NCBI GenBank assembly: GCA_033762295.1
Contig: JANRLW010000008.1
Location: 1 to 20,154, forward strand
Source of the DNA: Capsulimonadales bacterium
Lineage (GTDB): Bacteria; Armatimonadota; Armatimonadia; Armatimonadales; Armatimonadaceae
DNA: 20,154 bases
Direction of reading: 5' to 3'
Shown here: piece by piece, positions 16,509-20,154 of the stretch
Layout of the letters: every line of letters starts with the position of its first letter
How positions within the stretch are numbered: the stretch's first letter is position 1
Made by a program: the position numbers and the translations under genes
The notes under the pieces: model-generated
The model's input: only the letters and a program-made list of their open reading frames with translations
The model's database searches: none
Told to the model about the DNA's origin: nothing

Positions 16509-17873
16509 ATGATGCTTGAGAAGTTGGCGGCGGCGATTCGCGTTCCCGACATACGTACCCGACTGCAATTCGTGATGACGATTTTCGCCGTCTACGTGCT
16601 GGCGTTGCACGTGCCCGCGGCGGGCGTCGATCACGATGCGATGCAGGGTCATCTCCAGGGCGTTCTTGGCCTGGTGGACGTCTTTTCCGGGGGAGCGTTG
16701 AAGAAATTCAGCGTCATCGCCATGGGAATCATGCCCTATATCAACGCCTCGATTATCATGCAGCTTCTCACGGTCGCCATCCCCCAACTTCAGGCAAAGC
16801 AGAAGGAAGGCGAAAGCGGACGCAAGGAGATCTCGAAAATCACGCGTTACGCCAGTGTCGGTCTGGGACTTCTTCAGGCGTTCGGCATCTACCAGGTCTT
16901 CTCCCGCCCCACCGCGTACGGTCCGGCAGCCATCCAGCCGGGCTTCCTGAATATGATCACGATCATGATCACGCTGACCGCCGGAACGATGTTTCTGCTC
17001 TGGCTGGGCGAACAGATCACCGAAAAAGGGATCGGGAACGGCATCTCTCTGATGATTTTCGTCGGGATCATGGTATCCATCCCGACACAGGTCGCGCAGA
17101 CGATCAACCTGGCGGCGGAGGACCCGACCCGGATTCCCGGCATTCTGGTGATTATCGTTCTGTTCCTGGCCTCCATCGTCGGGGTCATCTATATGACGCA
17201 GGCGCAACGCAAGATTCCCGTTCATCATATGAAACGGATCGTCGGGAACCGGATGACCCAGGAATCCACCTCCTATCTCCCGCTGAAGATCAATACCGCC
17301 GGTGTCATTCCGATTATTTTCGCGACCTCGATTCTCCTGATGCCGGCAACCCTGGCGACGTACATTCCGGCGGACTTCAAGCTCGGGGGTATGGCCGTTG
17401 GCGAGTCCGCCAAGCAGCTTGCCGATGCGCTGCAGCCGGGGAACAACCTCTGGGCATCGCTCATATTTTTCGCCCTGGTGCTGTTCTTTACGTACTTCTA
17501 CACGGCCATCCAGTACGATACCAACGATATCGCGGACAACCTGAAGAAATACGGTTCGTTCATTCCGGGGATCAAGCCGGGCCGACCGACGGCGGAGTAC
17601 CTGGACAAGGTACTGACCCGTATCACGCTGGCAGGGGCGGTCTTTCTGGCGGTCATCTCCCTGATTCAGTACTGGGCTCCGTCTCTGACCGGCGTGAATA
17701 CGATCACTCTGGTCGGCGGCACCTCGCTTCTGATCGTCGTCGGTGTCGCCATGGAAACGATGCAGGCAATCGAGGCGCAGATGGCGATGCGCAATTACGA
17801 AGGGTTTATCAAGTCGCAGGCGACCGATAAAAGTGCGCCGCGCGGGGGTCGTCCGGCGTTGGGCGCCCGTTAA
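16509..17873 (+). CDS. secY: Preprotein translocase subunit SecY
   Basis: MGIMPYINASIIMQLL, WLGEQITEKGIGNGISL, GVIPIIFA, FIPGIKPG and GGTSLLIVVGVA. Confidence 0.99.
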   Translation: MMLEKLAAAIRVPDIRTRLQFVMTIFAVYVLALHVPAAGVDHDAMQGHLQGVLGLVDVFSGGALKKFSVIAMGIMPYINASIIMQLLTVAIPQLQAKQKEGESGRKEISKITRYASVGLGLLQAFGIYQVFSRPTAYGPAAIQPGFLNMITIMITLTAGTMFLLWLGEQITEKGIGNGISLMIFVGIMVSIPTQVAQTINLAAEDPTRIPGILVIIVLFLASIVGVIYMTQAQRKIPVHHMKRIVGNRMTQESTSYLPLKINTAGVIPIIFATSILLMPATLATYIPADFKLGGMAVGESAKQLADALQPGNNLWASLIFFALVLFFTYFYTAIQYDTNDIADNLKKYGSFIPGIKPGRPTAEYLDKVLTRITLAGAVFLAVISLIQYWAPSLTGVNTITLVGGTSLLIVVGVAMETMQAIEAQMAMRNYEGFIKSQATDKSAPRGGRPALGAR

Positions 17874-17993
17874 TCCGATGCGGGAACGGCCGTTCGGGAA
17901 CCCGACCGTTCCAAACCGTGTCCGTACTCTGCCCCTCCTCGTCGCTGACCGGCGGCGACCGGGGGCGCTCCTTCGAACCGGAAAGGGGTAGAG

Positions 17994-18665
17994 ATGAAAC
18001 GGATCATTATGATGGGGCCGCCGGGGGCGGGTAAGGGCACGCAGGGCGTCCGACTGGCGCGGACGCTGACCGTCCCTCATATCGCCTCCGGCGACCTTTT
18101 GCGTCGGCTGATGGCGGAGGACGGCGACAGCGAACTGGCGCGGGCCGTGCGCGTCATCCATGAAGGACGAATGGTCTCCGATGAGGTCGCCTCCGCCATC
18201 GTGTTCCGGGAACTGGGCAATGCGGCGGGCTTTGTGCTGGACGGCTTTCCGCGCAATGTCGCCCAGGCGGAACTTTTGAGCAAATATCTGACGGAGCAAC
18301 GGGAACACCTGGATGCGGTGCTGTATCTTCATGTGACCGAGGAGGTCGTCGTCGCACGGATCGGGGGTCGCCTGACCTGCGCCCGGTGCGGCGAAACGTA
18401 CCATCGGGACCATGAACCGCCGGTCGTCGCCGGTATCTGCGATCGCTGCGGGAATCAGCTGGAAATTCGACCGGACGACCGCCCGGACCACATCCGGACC
18501 CGTCTGCATCTTTATGAGGAGCGAACGGCGCCTCTCGTCGGCTGGTACGAAGCGCACGGACTGCTCCGCCATGTCGACGCCGACGATTCGCAGGAGACGG
18601 TTTTCGAGCGATGCCTGCGGGCGATCGGCCGGGGCGATTCCGCCGAAGTCGAATTCCCGAAGTGA
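17994..18665 (+). CDS. adk: Adenylate kinase (Zn-LID type)
   Basis: P-loop GPPGAGKGTQ, LDGFPR and LID CARC...CDRC. Confidence 0.97.
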   Translation: MKRIIMMGPPGAGKGTQGVRLARTLTVPHIASGDLLRRLMAEDGDSELARAVRVIHEGRMVSDEVASAIVFRELGNAAGFVLDGFPRNVAQAELLSKYLTEQREHLDAVLYLHVTEEVVVARIGGRLTCARCGETYHRDHEPPVVAGICDRCGNQLEIRPDDRPDHIRTRLHLYEERTAPLVGWYEAHGLLRHVDADDSQETVFERCLRAIGRGDSAEVEFPK

Positions 18666-18688
18666 CGCTTCGGAATTTGCGGACGGCA

Positions 18689-18717
18689 TTGGCACTTTGG
18701 TAATTTTTCGGTATAAT
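18689..18717 (+). promoter_or_regulatory. Internal sigma70 promoter upstream of infA
   Basis: TTGGCA-N17-TATAAT. Confidence 0.7.
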
Positions 18718-18802
18718 AGGCGGTTGTGTGCCGGGGTATTTTCCCGGACGGACGAATGGTGATCGGCCGTCGTGACGGCGGGCGAGGAAGAAAGGTACGC
18801 GT

Positions 18803-19177
18803 ATGGCAGGACGACCCGGTGGGGGTGGCTATCGCCCCGGTGGGGGTGGCGGTCGGCCCGGCGGCGGACGCCCCGGCGGGGGTGGCGGTCGGCCGGGCGG
18901 AGGGGGCGGCGGTCGCGGCCCCGTCCGGCGGCCTGCGCCCCCCGCCGAGGAGCAGACGGACGGCAAGGAACAGGGCATCGAGGTTCAGGGAGTGATCGCC
19001 GAGAACCTTCCGAATGCCATGTTCCGAGTCAAACTGGAATCGGGCCATGAGGTTCTGGCCCATGTTTCCGGAAAGATCCGGATGAACTTTATTCGAATTC
19101 TGCCCGGAGACCGGGTTCTGGTGGAGTTGTCTCCCTATGACCTGACCCGTGGCCGGATTCTTTACCGGTACAAATAG
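18803..19177 (+). CDS. infA: Translation initiation factor IF-1 with a Gly/Arg/Pro N-terminal extension
   Basis: Core KEQGIEVQG...LPNAMFRV...[40 protein letters not shown] precedes ATG 18803. Confidence 0.97.
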   Translation: MAGRPGGGGYRPGGGGGRPGGGRPGGGGGRPGGGGGGRGPVRRPAPPAEEQTDGKEQGIEVQGVIAENLPNAMFRVKLESGHEVLAHVSGKIRMNFIRILPGDRVLVELSPYDLTRGRILYRYK

Positions 19178-19195
19178 CGTGAACGCTCCCTGTCC

Positions 19196-19217
19196 CCCTC
19201 TCCCTGGGGGGAGAGGG
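19196..19217. repeat. CCCTCTCCC/GGGAGAGGG inverted repeat (intergenic hairpin)
   Basis: Perfect 9-bp stem with a 4-nt loop between infA and rpmJ. Confidence 0.6.
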
Positions 19218-19275
19218 ATCGTTGCCGACGGCTCCTTCTCGCTCTCGAAGCGGGAAAAAGAAACGGGGAGAGGTT

Positions 19276-19389
19276 ATGAAAGTTCGAGCATCCGTAAAGA
19301 AGATTTGCGACAAGTGCAAGGTTATCAAGCGCGAAGGCGTGGTCCGCGTCATCTGCAAGAATCCGAAGCACAAGCAGCGACAGGGGTAA
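19276..19389 (+). CDS. rpmJ: 50S ribosomal protein L36 (Zn-ribbon form); not in the ORF track
   Basis: Manual translation gives [37 protein letters not shown], with SD GGAGAGG. Confidence 0.98.
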   Translation: MKVRASVKKICDKCKVIKREGVVRVICKNPKHKQRQG

Positions 19390-19445
19390 GAGCGACAGGG
19401 GTCATCGGGAGCGCCCCTTCCGCACCCACCGTAGGAGAATAGAAC

Positions 19446-19820
19446 GTGGCACGTATCGCTGGTGTAGACCTTCCGCGTGACAAATCCGTAGAATACGCAC
19501 TGCCGGAAATCTATGGAATCGGTCTGTCGAGTGGTCGTCAGATTTTAGCACAGGCGGGTATCGACCCGCGCACCCGGGTCGCCAACCTGACCGAAGCCGA
19601 AGTGGCCAAACTGCGCGAGATCATCGAACGCGAATGGCGCGTCGAGGGCGATCTTCGGCGTCAGGTGCAGATGAACATCCGTCGTCTGCAGGAGATTCAG
19701 TGCTACCGCGGCATCCGACATCGGCGCAGCCTGCCGGTTCGGGGACAGCGCACGTCGACCAATGCCCGCACCCGCAAGGGTCCGAAGCGGACGGTCGGCG
19801 CGAAGAAGAAGAAGAAATAG
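19446..19820 (+). CDS. rpsM: 30S ribosomal protein S13
   Basis: [14 protein letters not shown] and [20 protein letters not shown] start with SD AGGAG. Confidence 0.98.
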   Translation: MARIAGVDLPRDKSVEYALPEIYGIGLSSGRQILAQAGIDPRTRVANLTEAEVAKLREIIEREWRVEGDLRRQVQMNIRRLQEIQCYRGIRHRRSLPVRGQRTSTNARTRKGPKRTVGAKKKKK

Positions 19821-19878
19821 ACCGCCTGCCCTCCTCCCGTTCGCCGAACGCGGAGCGAGGGTCGGCACAGGGAAACTT

Positions 19879-20154
19879 ATGGCCAGAAAGCAAACTTCCG
19901 CTCAGGCGGCGCGCAACAAACCGAAGATTCGCAAGAATATCGCGACCGGCCTCGCGCACATCCAGAGCACGTTCAACAATACGATCGTCACCCTGACGGC
20001 TACCAATGGCGAAGCGATCTCCTGGGCGTCCGCCGGCATGGTCGGATTCAAGGGGACCAAGAAAGGCACGCCGTTCGCGGCGCAGCTCGCCGCGGAGAAC
20101 GCCGCCCGCAAAGCCCAGGAACATGGTCTCAAACGGATCGATGTTCACGTCAAG
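19879..20154 (+). CDS. rpsK: 30S ribosomal protein S11 (partial, runs off the window)
   Basis: Manual translation gives MARKQTSA...[13 protein letters not shown]...[24 protein letters not shown]. Confidence 0.97.
   Translation, partial: MARKQTSAQAARNKPKIRKNIATGLAHIQSTFNNTIVTLTATNGEAISWASAGMVGFKGTKKGTPFAAQLAAENAARKAQEHGLKRIDVHVK

Noticed and set aside
15903..18695. 930-aa minus-strand ORF
   Set aside because: Antisense shadow of rplO-secY-adk, explained by codon bias.
1..20154. CRISPR arrays, tRNA/rRNA genes, IS elements, defence systems
   Set aside because: I saw no repeat-spacer arrays, tRNA or rRNA signatures, or transposase/nuclease motifs on manual reading.

Overview
GC-rich bacterial chromosomal window. 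The prepilin-like/DUF1559-type gene and the Terrabacteria-like ribosomal gene order suggest Armatimonadota or a relative; this is an inference. The left 13 kb carries a partial pilin-like gene, a low-GC Cys-rich lipoprotein, DUF1385, Zn-free L31 (rpmE2), an HD hydrolase, a rhomboid-like membrane protein, alr, a class I-alpha DAHP synthase, radC, nagZ, DUF1326, an aldo/keto reductase, an orphan, an SDR and a DUF6941-like gene. The right 7 kb is a ribosomal cluster that starts abruptly at rpsN (rpsN-rpsH-rplF-rplR-rpsE-rpmD-rplO-secY-adk-infA-rpmJ-rpsM-rpsK partial). The best finding is a candidate ribosome-mediated attenuator upstream of the DAHP synthase. Its 60-aa leader peptide contains the block WWRAFFYFYFY (Trp, Phe and Tyr codons together), followed by mutually exclusive antiterminator and terminator hairpins. 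Other oddities are an IF-1 with a ~52-aa RPGGG-repeat extension, low-complexity tails on L15 and L6, an operon break at a Zn-free S14 with a structured leader, and an 8-bp tandem operator-like array before alr.
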